Source of the DNA: Ptychomitrium polyphyllum
Lineage: Eukaryota
Assembly: GCA_973851085.1 (NCBI GenBank)
Contig: OZ316776.1
Coordinates: forward strand, 9,238,001 to 9,302,000
Direction: 5' to 3'
DNA: 64,000 nt
The notes under the pieces were generated by a model. The model had not been told where the DNA came from, ran no database searches, and was given only the letters and a program-made list of their open reading frames with translations. Positions 13,767-26,099 of this stretch are shown here, one piece after another. Each line of letters starts with the position of its first letter. Within the stretch, counting starts at the first letter, position 1. Made by a program: the position numbers and the translations under genes.

Positions 13767-16700
13767 CCATGCTTTTCATTTTGGGATAGTGCTATGAAAT
13801 GGTTAAATGACATGTATTAGCTCAATACCTGTAATTAATGAATGAAGATTTAAAAAGATTAGTAGTTGGATATTAGTACAAGAATCAAAGTGATTATTAA
13901 CAAATAACTTTTTTTTTTTTTTTTTTTCTATGGAGGAGTTTAGTGACGTATTGATTAGTTGTGCAACTACAATCTTTGATTATTATAAAAAAACATTGAG
14001 AATAATATAACTTAGATAAAAAAAAGTGAATTAATTTTTACAAAAATGAGTTCTTCATAGCCATTCAAAGTAATCAAATCCTTCCATGCACGCTTCAAGC
14101 CAAGTTGTGGAAAAAAAAAAAAAACTTCTAATATAAATCAACAAAGGTTTTAGTAATGAATTAATTTTTACATGTGGCTTTCCTACGAATTTTAAGGCTT
14201 AATAAAAATTTACAATTTGCAAAGTATTATGATGACCATATCATTATTAAATTCATACTATTTTTGGTATAATAATAAAATTTTAGATTTCTTTGAGGAG
14301 CTCACTATTTACAACAAATACTCACCTTTTATTCATGCAATCATGTTGTTGGCACACCTGATTATGATGATGAATATTTTAATATTTCAATGATTGCTTC
14401 TGTCAATTCTCTGCAAACAAATCATAATCTTTTTTAAAACTACTTATAGACGGTTTTTGATTAATTTCCATTACTAAAAACCTTGCTTTTTTTCCTTTTC
14501 TATCTTCTTCTTTTTCTTTTCCGCTAGTATTCCATCTGTATATTCTTGGATTCAAATTAAAATACGTGTTCTTATTTTATTCAAAATTTTGGGAGTTCCA
14601 CTCCTTCAATATTTAATATTGGTAAAAATTATGCTTGCTTCTTGGCACCTATAGTTCCAAGAAATATTAGAGTAGATATTAAAAGTTTCGAAGAATAAAT
14701 TTAAACTAGAAGAAAAACAATATTACACATTTATTGGACCTTTCATCTAGTATTACCAAGATCTATATGTAGTACTACCAAATGATAGTTGTTAGTATTA
14801 TTCATTGTTAGTTCATTGAATGAACAAATGTAGATTCAAAAATATAGAATTTGGAACTTTACATTTGTTTTCAAAATCCTCAACCAAGAATATTGAAGTG
14901 TGTATACACTTTTATTTTCAATTTACATTCTTTTGGCAATAGAAGTTTTTTTTGAAACTAAATTGTGTTTTTTTTTATTTGTTATTTTTCAAAGTCTTTA
15001 ATTCCAATCTTGTAATATCATAGTGTTTTTTTTATATTTCTTTACTTTTATTTCTATCATTTTAAAAGTTTTTTTGTATGATAATTATTAACCTTGTAAA
15101 TACACTATTAATAATTTGACTAAGTAGCCAAAACCTATTGCATTTAAAATTGATGTTAAAGTTGTACACTATTTTATAGGTGCTAAATACTCCTGAAATT
15201 GTTGTTTTATTCTATTATAGTGAATATGGTGTTTTTCCTTGCTCAAGTAATTTATCTCTTAATTACTACTTGGACTACAGGTAATTATTTTGTTCTCCAT
15301 TTAATAAAAAAATTTGAAGTTTTTTCCTACTTTGCCAATTGTTAGTGTTACAAAAGAATTGTATTTATTACCAATTACAAACAATTTAAAGTTGATTTGT
15401 ATACTTGTTATGTTTTAAGTTTTTTTTATACAATATGAATTTTTGCATTATTCCTATTATTAAAAAAATTTACATGTATTTGTATAAATTTTATAATATT
15501 TACAATGTAATTTTATTATTTTAACAACCATATTATTTAGATATAACTTCAAGGAATTGGAACATCTATATATCTAAAAATCAAAGTTAATTTATTCATC
15601 AAAATGAAAAATAAGCAGTTTCAAAAAGAATATCTAATAATTAAAAATATTCTTTTAATAAGCTTATATTGTGTACATGAATGTGAAGTGGTAATGAAGA
15701 TTCACCATACAATTCTATAAGGCTTTTTAATGTAGTTGCTTACTTTAAGTAGTTACAACATTCAAAGAGTTTACATAAAATTACACATATATTAACATAC
15801 TTTTAATCTTGCATTCTACAATAAATTTAAAAGCCTTTATAATGGCTTTTTGAAAGAACCATTATTTTAAAATCGGCTATTGCAATAAAACAAAAAATGC
15901 ACTATCCACATCTCATTTAAGTAATCAAGTATGAAATATCTAATATAAAGATTGGCCAACTTTATGGATGATTGACTCTCTTTATAATGACTTTGTTTAT
16001 AATGAACATGTTTGCTTCATTATCTAAATCCATTTAATGACCATAGGCTCTAAAATATCATGCAAGGATGTTATTGTGGAGCATGTAATCTTATGAATTA
16101 ACAATTTTTGCTTATAGATTCTTTGGGTATAATTACAATAAATCATTTTTATTTGATAATACTGTAGTCAATCATAAGTTCTCCCAAATCAACCTAAAAG
16201 CTCCCCAAACCATGTGCTGCCCAATGAGTTCCACTCTTCATAACTCATTGACAATTATAACCTTAAAAATAGTCATTTCAGACGCAGGAACTCGTCTGAA
16301 ATAACGGTACTGTCAGCAGCTCATTCCATTCCAGCAGAGTTTCCAGGTTGTCATGAACACCCCTAATCCAATCCTGGGCATTAAAGACGAAATACCTTAT
16401 AATTCCCTCCTTCCCTGGCAGGCCAGCCACCAAGTCAACCAATAAAGCTCCACTATTCGAACCGACCATCCACCAGATGCGCATAGGGGCACTCCATTAG
16501 GCCCCACTTTGCTGGTGGGCCCCACTCCACCGATGGTCCGGGTGCGTGCCCCTGCGTTTCCATCGTCATAACATAATCGTGTTCTAAGTATAAAGCTGAG
16601 ATACTTCTCAGGCATTTCTGTCACTAGTTTTGGAAACGCTGTACTATGAATCAAAAGTCTCAACTTCCAGGCACGGAGATGGAGACACGTGGCACCAGTC

Positions 16701-17115
16701 GAGGGTTCCGGATGGTCTCTGTGTTGGAGCATCCATAATGTGACTAAACCTTGCAGTAAACTAAATCTTGCCTTACATCCTCCCTTGTATTTGTCGTCGC
16801 CTTTCCTTTTTTGTTTACCTGCACTTCCCACTGCGAGTCCAGAAGTACACTACATGGATAAAACCCACGGGAATGGGCGCTCCTACCTTCGACCAAACCA
16901 CCGCAACCCCACGAAAAAACTCAGAAAGGTCAACACCACAAACCGTCACAGCCCCCAAACCGACATCCTGCACTCTCTAAAATCTACAGAGTTCGTACAT
17001 AATATCTAGTTCGGAAGTTCACACAGTAAAGGACCCTTACTGTACGTGGATCATCATTATCTACATAGATTGTAGTGGGCACGGATGGAAATGTATGACT
17101 TCTGTAGATGGTGCA

Positions 17116-17130
17116 GGGTTTAGGGTTTAG
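17116..17130 (+). promoter_or_regulatory. Telo-box motifs (AGGGTTTAGGGTTTAG) upstream of the carrier gene leader
   Basis: Plant telomere-type AAACCCTA on the reverse strand, just before a GC-rich putative first non-coding exon whose donor GTAAGT lies near 17376. Confidence 0.5.
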
Positions 17131-18368
17131 AGAGGGGTGAGGGGAGTGGAGGCAGTGGAGTTGCCGAGGCGGAGGGAAGTGACCATGCGGACTGCAGAGT
17201 GAGGAAGGTTCGCATTCATCCGGCATGCGGGGCACTCAGCACGACGTCTGCGTTGCTGCTGTGCTGGATTTTCGTCGCACTCACCTCCTTGGTTTGCGGG
17301 TTTCATCGTCGCATGCGTGCATCTGAGAGCGCACACCATCTGGGGGAGCAGTCAATCGATAGCGGATTTCAATTAGTAAGTGTTTTTCCAGTCTGGGACA
17401 CTTTTGGGTTTGCGCTTAGTGCTAGGGTCCAAGTGTTGAGAATCGTTCTTTTGGCTGAGTTTGGAGAAGAAGGTGTTTTGGTTTTGTTTTATTGTTTGGT
17501 CGAGGTGGGGTTGTTGCTGATTGTGCTTTTGTCGGGTCGCTGCAGTTTTGGGTTTCTGTAACTTTATGAGGGCGAGCTGTTAACTGGGGTTTTACGTAGA
17601 GTTCCTTGTTTTAGACAACGGAGGGGTTCTAAAGCTGATTTGGCATTATGTGTCGTTTTTCGTTAGCCATGTTTTTGTGTTTTTCTGGGCATTTCGAACG
17701 ATTGAAGCTTCGCTGTGAAAATCTTTCGGAGACGATTGCCTAATTGCATTAGTTAGATGTAGTGATTAGGCTGCCGACGATTGGGTTTGTGGCGTATCCC
17801 GATCGTCGGTTGTTTGGGGTATAATTAGTTGACTATGAGCTTGCACATGACGCAACAAGTCAATCCAGCAACAATAGGCGGTTTCCAGCGTCTGGGAGCT
17901 TGACCAGATATGATGAAAAAATGTTTTGTTGTATTATTGTTAAATGATAACGTACTTTGACCTAATTTTTTCGGATGTGGGGCCATGGCTGTGCAGGTTT
18001 TAGACGAAACTGCAAACAATTCAGTTCAAGGTCTTTAGATTGTAGGCCCAAGGTGAATAATTGAAGAAAGTTCAGACCGTGCGTCGAGTTTGAGTGAGAC
18101 ATAATGGTGAAAGGTTGAAGCGGTGCCAATTGTAAGGAAGGAGGTGGATGTCTGAGGGTTTTTCTTGTGCAATAGGGATACTCTTTACGGCTTTTGTTCA
18201 GGAGTCAGATCCCCTATTTCCGATTGAGTATCGATCAACGGATTCCTACAGCTTAAATCGTTAAGCACAAGAATGACTGAACAGTTCTGTTCTGTCTGAG
18301 GTTGATCCGATTGAGGAAGCCCATCGAAGTTGTCCAAATGAACAAGGAGTGAAGGGAAGTGAAGCGGG

Positions 18369-21300
18369 ATGCAACCACATGCGGGTGAGGCTCAAATAGG
18401 TGGTGTGGTGGGTGGAGCGCATAGAGCACTGGCAGGCGCAATTGACGACAGACCTAGTAGCAGCAATGAGGCTAGTCCCTCCGGAGCGATGCAGGAGTCT
18501 CAAGTGAGGCCTGCGGTGGTGCGAGCCCCACCTCAGATCAGTACAGCCTTACAGTTATTTGCTGGGGGCATTGCAGGGGCGTTCAGCAAAACATGCACTG
18601 CTCCACTAGCTCGGCTTACCATTCTTTTCCAGGTGTGTGTTGTGTATATTCCGACTCAATATGTGAACAGAAATATATTTGTCTACAATCTGGTATATAG
18701 TGGCGTAATCTGAAAGTGCAAGAACTTTTTACTATGGCATATGCACCTGAACTTAAAATTGGAGGTCTTGTCTGATTTTGATGAATTCGAAAGGTTTAGC
18801 TAGTACATATTGTTCTGATATAGTTATATAGTTATCTGAAACCTAACTCCATTTCCGGAGTAAAGATCTGTGATATTTGAGATGTCAAAAGAGCCTAGAG
18901 TTTGAGCTTTCGCTCTTTTTATGCTCACAGAGTTACTTTCTTCTCGATTGATACTTTAGGTTCAAGGTATGCGAGCAGATGCAGGTGTTGTATTAAGCAG
19001 CCCTAGTATTTTGAAAGAGACCAGGCGGATATTCACAGAGGAAGGATTTAGAGCATTTTGGAAGGGCAATGGGGTAACGATAGTTCATCGACTCCCGTAC
19101 TCATCCATCAACTTTTTTTCATATGAGCAGTACAAGATGGTAAGTAATTATTCTATAATAAGATCAGAATAGCCCAAAGAGCTATATTGTATGCTTCTGA
19201 TGTGAGTAGTACTTAAGAATGTGAAGCTGGTGTGACGCGTGCTCGTGAGCTCCCTTGACTATCTCAGGAATGCTAGAGATGAGATTGCAGTTGCGTTGAT
19301 CCACGTTATGTTTTACAATATCTTTCCTATATCTGTACGCATCAGAAATCTTATCTGCAAAGATGATGACACTCTCCGTGTTGGCAGCACCTTAGGAGGA
19401 TCATGGGCATCGAAGGCAATCAGGAAAGCCTTGGGGTTGGAATGGGCACGAGGTTGTTAGCTGGTGGGGGTGCTGGCATTACAGCTGCATCCTTGACCTA
19501 TCCGTTGGACCTGGTTCGCACGCGCTTGGCTGCACAGGTGAATCTTACTCGGTTACAAGCATGTTCGGAGTTTCCATAAGATTTTGGTCGAAATACATTT
19601 TGAGTTTTCGGATGTCCTTATAAATCTAGTGGAATATTGTTGTCAACCGCAGAGTTCTGCTTGGATTTTGCTTAAAGTGGAGTATCCATTGTTCGTGAAC
19701 AGAGCTCAGCATTGTTATATCTGTTGTGGCGCAAATGGTACAGTCGTCACATGTTTGTATATCTGGCTTGAGGAAACTTTGCTTGATTTTGATCTTATTA
19801 TTTTCCTTTGAATGCATATAGACGAAGGAAATGTATTACAAGGGCATCACTCATGCTCTTATGACCATCACTCGTGATGAGGGCTTTTGGGGGCTTTACA
19901 AGGGCTTGGGAACTACACTTATGGTATAGTCTCTGAACTTTCTTGCAAGTGCCATGGATCTGACTCTTATCTGGCTGTTCACTCGTAATGCCTTTCAAAT
20001 CGCATATCAGAAAGCAATGAATAATATCTTTATGGTAGTTTTAATAGTGAGCAGTTGATAAATTAATGAATTCTTGTCCATAGATGTGACTTGTGATATT
20101 ATAGAAGTACTGGTTATGGTAATCATCCCCAAGTGTAGGACATTTGCGTGAAAATAGACGATTAAGGGGATTATAGAAATGAAACCCTCCTTTGGTCCCT
20201 ACAGGTGCCAGCCTTCATGACAACAAGGCGATGAAATGTATTAGTAGTTTTAGGTAGCGCTGAGAAGCACTCTCCCAATTCTCTTCAAATTGATGCAGCA
20301 AGTGATATGCCTATAGGTGATCCTGTTGATGCTATCGTTAAGTTATAATTGAAAACACCCTGATGAGTAGCCTGCTGATGGGAAATGCGGGATCACATAA
20401 CATGCAGGTATGGGGTCGGTCGGGCATTGCTGAAGAGTTGTGAAGTCACATAATTTTACTGGGTGGGGTTTCAGTGATGCCCAACCGACGCTTGCCCATG
20501 TGCAAAGCCAGGTAAGTAATTAAATGTCATTCATGTATCGGGTAGGGTTGGGTCATGATCTGCGTGCTGGCTGCTTTAAGAGAAGCGACTAGCACCTTGT
20601 GATCCCCGGTGACGTAGTTAATTATACTTTATGCGTGACCCAATCACTATATAACTATAAATAGGATAGTATGTACTCAAAAGCCGGTTACTATCTGCAG
20701 TGTTTTTAAAATGCTGCATGATGGTTTAGGATTATTGGTGCTATAAATCAAGTTACATAGAAGTGTAGTGCATCAAAACAAGTTTCACATAAGTTTGAAT
20801 ACTAGTGGTTGGCTGTCTTTTTAAAATAACCTTCAACATCTGGGTGCTTATTATTCCTGGCTTCGCTTTGCAATTAGCACGAATCTATTGCAAATTCGGA
20901 GGACCTAATGTAACGTCTTTTCTTGAGTTCGTATACTGCTTACTCTATATTTTAGGTTCGTGTTGTTCAGAATCATGAAGAGATGTGCTTCTAATAGGGT
21001 TGTTTCTCTTTTGGTAACAGAGTGTTGGCCCGAACATTGCTATTAATTTTTGTGTCTATGAAACTTTGAAGTCGATGTGGGTGGCTAAAAGGTATTGTTT
21101 AAACGCTTTCCTTTAAATACGCCTGTCTTTCTAGTATATCACCACTCTGATAAATTTCAACAAAATCCTTGTCTCTTATAGATTTTTCATAGGAGCTATT
21201 TGTATAAGAAAAAATGTGTGTATGTGTTTGTTAACGGATTATTCGTTGATTGATTATGCAGGCCAGACTTGTCACCTGCCTTAGTCAGTCTTGCTTGTGG

Positions 21301-21857
21301 TAGTTTTGCTGGAATCTGTTCATCCACAGGTATGTTGCAGGTCAAAAATAGAATGCCTTGTCTCCTATATTATTTATCTTGCCTGTTGTTCATGCTTTAA
21401 TGTATGAGAAGTAGTGATATTGAAATATCTTTCCATCTCCATTGAATTAGTGTAGTTCTTAATTTGCTCTAAGCAGATATGGACATCATGCAAGAATCAG
21501 ATGTATCAAAATAGTTCAATGCTTTGTTCAAATAACATTACTCGTAGTTTTCTTTCGCTTCATTTTGTTCGCGGCGAATATAACAGCAACGATGCGTTTC
21601 TGATGTGAACAGCAACATTTCCCATTGATCTGGTAAGAAGGCGAATGCAGTTGGAAGGAGCAGGAGGCAGGGCTCAGGTTTACAAGTCGGGGCTTAGTGG
21701 AACATTTAAGGAAATCATTGTGAAGGAAGGTCTTTTTGGTCTTTACCGGGGAATTCTTCCAGAGTACTACAAGGTCATTCCTAGTGTTGGTATCGTGTTT
21801 ATGACCTACGAGTTCATGAAGCGCATTCTACGGCCAAATGCATGGGATGATTTGTAG
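18369..21857 (+). CDS. Mitochondrial substrate carrier (SLC25) protein, 7 coding exons, 359 aa
   Basis: Exons 18369-18632, 18960-19139, 19388-19537, 19822-19923, 21021-21091, 21262-21329, 21613-21857 total 1080 nt in frame. Three carrier repeats: APLARLTILFQ, YPLDLVRTRL, FPIDLVRRRMQ, with EEGFRAFWKG, DEGFWGLYKG, KEGLFGLYRG. Confidence 0.93.
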
Positions 21858-22846
21858 GATGCTCATCAGTTGTGATTCTTTTCAGTTATTTTGTGGTCAT
21901 GTATTGAATTAACGGTCATTTTCTCAAGGACATCAGGGACAGGTAGTTCAGGTGTGGTGTAGTTTAGCTCACTTCATTTCTCTTGTGTAATAAGGCTGAT
22001 ATTTTGAGAATGGTCCGCACAAAGTGACCTTTTTCAATGTTTTTTATTTCACAATTTGTAGCAGACGTAGTTGCGGATAGTAGCAGATGTAGGCAGAGAC
22101 TACCATTAAGCGGCGAGTGTGACATTTAATAATGCTCTATTCTACCACATTTCTTTGAAGACTCTAGGATGAAGCAGTGTAAAACTGTTTCATGCTGGTG
22201 CAATTTATAGGCTCATGGAGCTGAGAGAGAGTGGGTGACTCTCATGATGTCTGAGATGAGTTGTCAGCTGGAGATTTGAAAGCCATACTTTCCGTGTATA
22301 ATATTTGTTTAAAATGTGACCACTGTTGCTGAGGTTCATTTTGTTACCGAAATTTACCTTCTTTTGATGCATGTTGAAATGGATATACCTTCTTTTGGAT
22401 TTGTTTGGAAATTGAAATCTTTTTTCACCTAGAGACTCATCCGTGGTTTGACCCCCTTCATTTCAGTTTTGTTTATGATCAGAGCACATATTTCCATATA
22501 ATTGGTTGGTATTTTTAGTATCAGTACTAGAAATGGAGGGGAGGGAGATCTTGCGACCACGCCACAGGGTCATGATCTGCACTGTGCAGCCTATGTCCAC
22601 CCTCGGTGTACCCCCACCCTCAAACTACATCCTCCCAACTTTGATTATGCATGCACTGATTAGTGGGGCACGTAAGTAAGCAGCTGGAGGTGAGACTTAT
22701 CATTTTTAGTTCGAGTGTCGTGCAGGGCCCTGCTAATTTGTTGTTGATGATTAGAGGTGAGACGAGGAATGACTATTTCATGGTTAAGAATGACTTTATT
22801 TAGGAATGGTGCCTCAGGGCATTTGGCAACCCTCAGTCTAACTCCC

Positions 22847-23631
22847 ATGGAAACCTGGTGTAGAGCTGCATGGAGTAGACTACCAAGCGAGAGTGCGGAG
22901 TGAACACTATCATTCCTATGGGTGCCTGTGTTGTGCGGATTCCAGATTGTCTGCAAGAGATGGAACTCGCTCATTCGCTCTCCTGAATTTGGAGGTATGT
23001 GCACACCACATACTAAAGAAGATCCATTATTTGTAGTGGCACGCTATACTATCATCGGCAAAGGCATAGAAATGAGGGATGGTTATCACTGGCCATTCGG
23101 TGAGAATCACGGCTGGTGCTTTCTGGGTCGAAACGCTATCGAACACAACAATGCGAGGTTTTTGACCCTTTTAAACATGTAAATGTGACTATGGATGGAG
23201 GACTAGTGTGTCAACTTCTGGATGCGGGTAAGGAGGATGAGGTTGCATCAATGTTTGTTTCCAACCAGATTGCCATGTGCATCAGGGAATCGGCGAGGAA
23301 TTCCTCAGTGAATATGGTTGTCAACAACAATATCCAATACCACAAGATTATTTGATGTCTGTTGGTGATAAGGTGGATTTTCTTACTCCCATAGTTGTTT
23401 ATAGGTCAATTAAAAATCAATGGCGGAGCACAGCCATACTTTCCAAAGGGTCTTTTGAAGATGATTTTTGTGTACGGTGCAACGCCGTCTACGATGGCCT
23501 GCCGAATGTTTCGGCATTGTGTGAGATCGCTGAGGAGCATTAGCTATGGAGTGACAACCATGTTGAGGATGCCTGGTAGATACTTATTTGAATATTCATT
23601 CAACGGAGTTTGTCAAACCGAGACTCAGTGA
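22847..23631 (+). pseudogene. F-box protein pseudogene
   Basis: METWCRAAWSRLPSESAE*TLSFLWVPVLCGFQIVCKRWNSLIRSPEF is an F-box signature (W..LP....L.FL.V..L.....VCKRWNSLI) with an in-frame TGA at 22901-22903. Downstream coding is fragmented across frames. The 3' end is approximate. Confidence 0.75.
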
Positions 23632-24444
23632 CAGCTAACAGTATTACGGAGCAGAGGAACTCACGAGTCGCTCCATGAGGTATTTCAAAGTATGCCAATA
23701 AAACAAAGAATAACATGAGAGAATGCTGATTCGCAAGTTCTACACCGACAAAAAGGGAAGCTATAGAACCTGCACTTCAGTCGCTATATTTTAGAAAGCA
23801 AGAACAATGCTCATGTATTTGCAAGCAACAGTCATCAAAACAAGTCTCCAGTACCTGAGATGCTTTTCGCTAAATTTATAGCATCATGTAACCTTTGAAT
23901 AGATTGTATTCAAGTTTTGCACTATTTATGGCACTTGGTAATTTCCCGATCACTTCAGAACAACAAAAATAATTAATAAGGTACTGGGGTTGTCTGGATG
24001 AGTTTTTAACTTCAAATCAGTCACGTGAAGTCGTCGTCAATGCTTTCTACAGTCCACAGAATTGCAGGGAAGCCACCAAAGTTATCCCCTAAAATGCTGA
24101 CAAAAAATTCACTTAGGGTCCGATCGATAAGGACTTCGTTTACCTCTTTAATAAAATTTAAACTTCGTTTACTTCATGTAACCACTTCGCAGGATACACG
24201 CTTGATAGGACGGATGCCTGACAGTTCTTGCACCCGAGATACAAGAAATAACAAATTGCACCACTTCCAAGTTTCTCCATTGAAAGTATACCTTCTACCT
24301 TTCCTCCTCTAATCACAAGTTCTTCAGACAGTAAAGAATCGCAAATAGGCATTATTGCTACGCACCAGAGTCAATCCTCCTGAGATAGCAGAAGCTTCAG
24401 CAGTTTAAGTGATTTTATTCATGCAGTGTCCAAGGTCTCTGAGC

Positions 24445-25510
24445 TATTGTCGCCCCATCTCACTTTGTACTGGCGGCCAAATATTGGGCATCTAATAGAC
24501 CACGGCTGCCATAAGGATAAAGCTCTGGACTAATCTTCCGGTTTTCCAGTTCTTTCAATAAGGGCGTGAACAACGCCCATGCAGCATCCAGTTCATGACT
24601 ACGTATGAACAGCCTCTAAACTATATAGAAGTGCATAAAATATAAATTGTCCAGACCTTTTCCTATGGAGGACCTTGCCGGCCTTCATGAGAAATGGAAG
24701 CCCATCCCAACGTGCATTATCAATGAAAAGGGCAGCGGCAGCAAATGTTGGGGTGAGACTACTGTTGTGCACGGTTCTGTCATCTCTGTAGGCAGGGTGC
24801 TTGACTCCTCCCCGAGTGTGTCCCTTGTATTGGTCAACAACTAAATTGTCGACATCAAGTACCCTCATTGACCTGAGAACCTTCACCTGCACGGACAAAA
24901 AATTCGTTCATAAAAGAGCACTTAACTGAACTGACAAAGGGTAAATTCACCAACACAAACTCTTAACTTCGATTCTAGATCATGACAACCAATCACTTTG
25001 AATGTTATCAAACAAAAGGCTTTTAATAAGGCAAGTAGGACGCGCCTTCTCATTTCGGATGTCTTCAGCATCCAAACTCACAGGTGGCTCCATGGCAAAT
25101 AGTGCCAATATCTAGAGGAGATGATTCTGCATGATCTCTCGAATGATTTTATAACTATCAAAATACCTATATTCACTAGAACTAGTTAATGACAACGTCC
25201 GCAAGAAGAATAAATGTGGGCCACATGAATATCAAAGAGGAAAATTGGCATAATTTATAAAATCTACAGGAGCATTTAATTTTTATTATAACACATAATA
25301 TAGGGACAGTGAAAATGATAACGTCAAAATTTACTGTATTTAGAATAGGAATTGCTTATCTGCCACGCCCTTCTGTTCCGAAGTCTTCAGAGAAAATTAG
25401 CTGGACATTTCTGATGTATTGTCTTGACCACAATGGCTCAAAAACAAGATTTGAGAACCGCAAGATCGATAGGTTCTCCACTAACTCTTTTCCCAAGTAA
25501 TGATCAGTTC
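24445..25510 (-). pseudogene. G6PD: Plastid-type glucose-6-phosphate 1-dehydrogenase pseudogene (3' part only, introns retained)
   Basis: Recognisable exons: [80 protein letters not shown] (TAG at 25114-25112); VKVLRSMR...[41 protein letters not shown]...[10 protein letters not shown]. There is an internal deletion and a 1-nt frameshift before YKVRWGD, and the N-terminal half is absent. Confidence 0.9.
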
Positions 25511-26099
25511 ACCCCTCACCTTACTTCAGATCAAAAGCACTAGAAAACAATGAACAAAAAATCAGGATATTTTCATACAATCACAGCAGAGGCAGACAGC
25601 GAACTTACAAATGTGAGTCGGGAGGAAGCAAGATGCGAACGCGGCGAGCAGGGCAACGGGGCACCCCACTGCTTGTGAGCCCTGCACAGTGGACAGAACA
25701 CACTCTTACTCTTGTTCATTCCTGATTTTCAAAACTCTCATTTCTCTGCGTTCTTTTGAAGAAAAGGATCATGTTTGCAATCATTCTTTGGTGACGCCGA
25801 CAAAGATCTTTTGCTCCCATATTTCCTCTCCATGCCCTGGTTGACATCCACTTTTCTAATGTAGTTTCCATGGTAGGGACACCATGTCTCATACAATTTT
25901 AGATCGCTCAGTTACGGTACCATCTGACGATGCAAGCCTGATTTCTCACCAGAATAGCCACCAACCCTGCTGATTTCATCTTTCAGATTGCAGACGATGA
26001 AAAGCCCGAATAGCGGGCATTGTTGCTTTGGATTTTGTCGATGGGAATGCATATTTTGTCATGCCAATACAGTGGCACCAATCAGGCTTGATTTTCTAA

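Noticed and set aside
20250..20335. TPP riboswitch (GCTGAGA motif in the carrier intron)
   Set aside because: The downstream conserved ACCTGATC...AATGCCTGCG.AGGGA core is not present in recognisable form.
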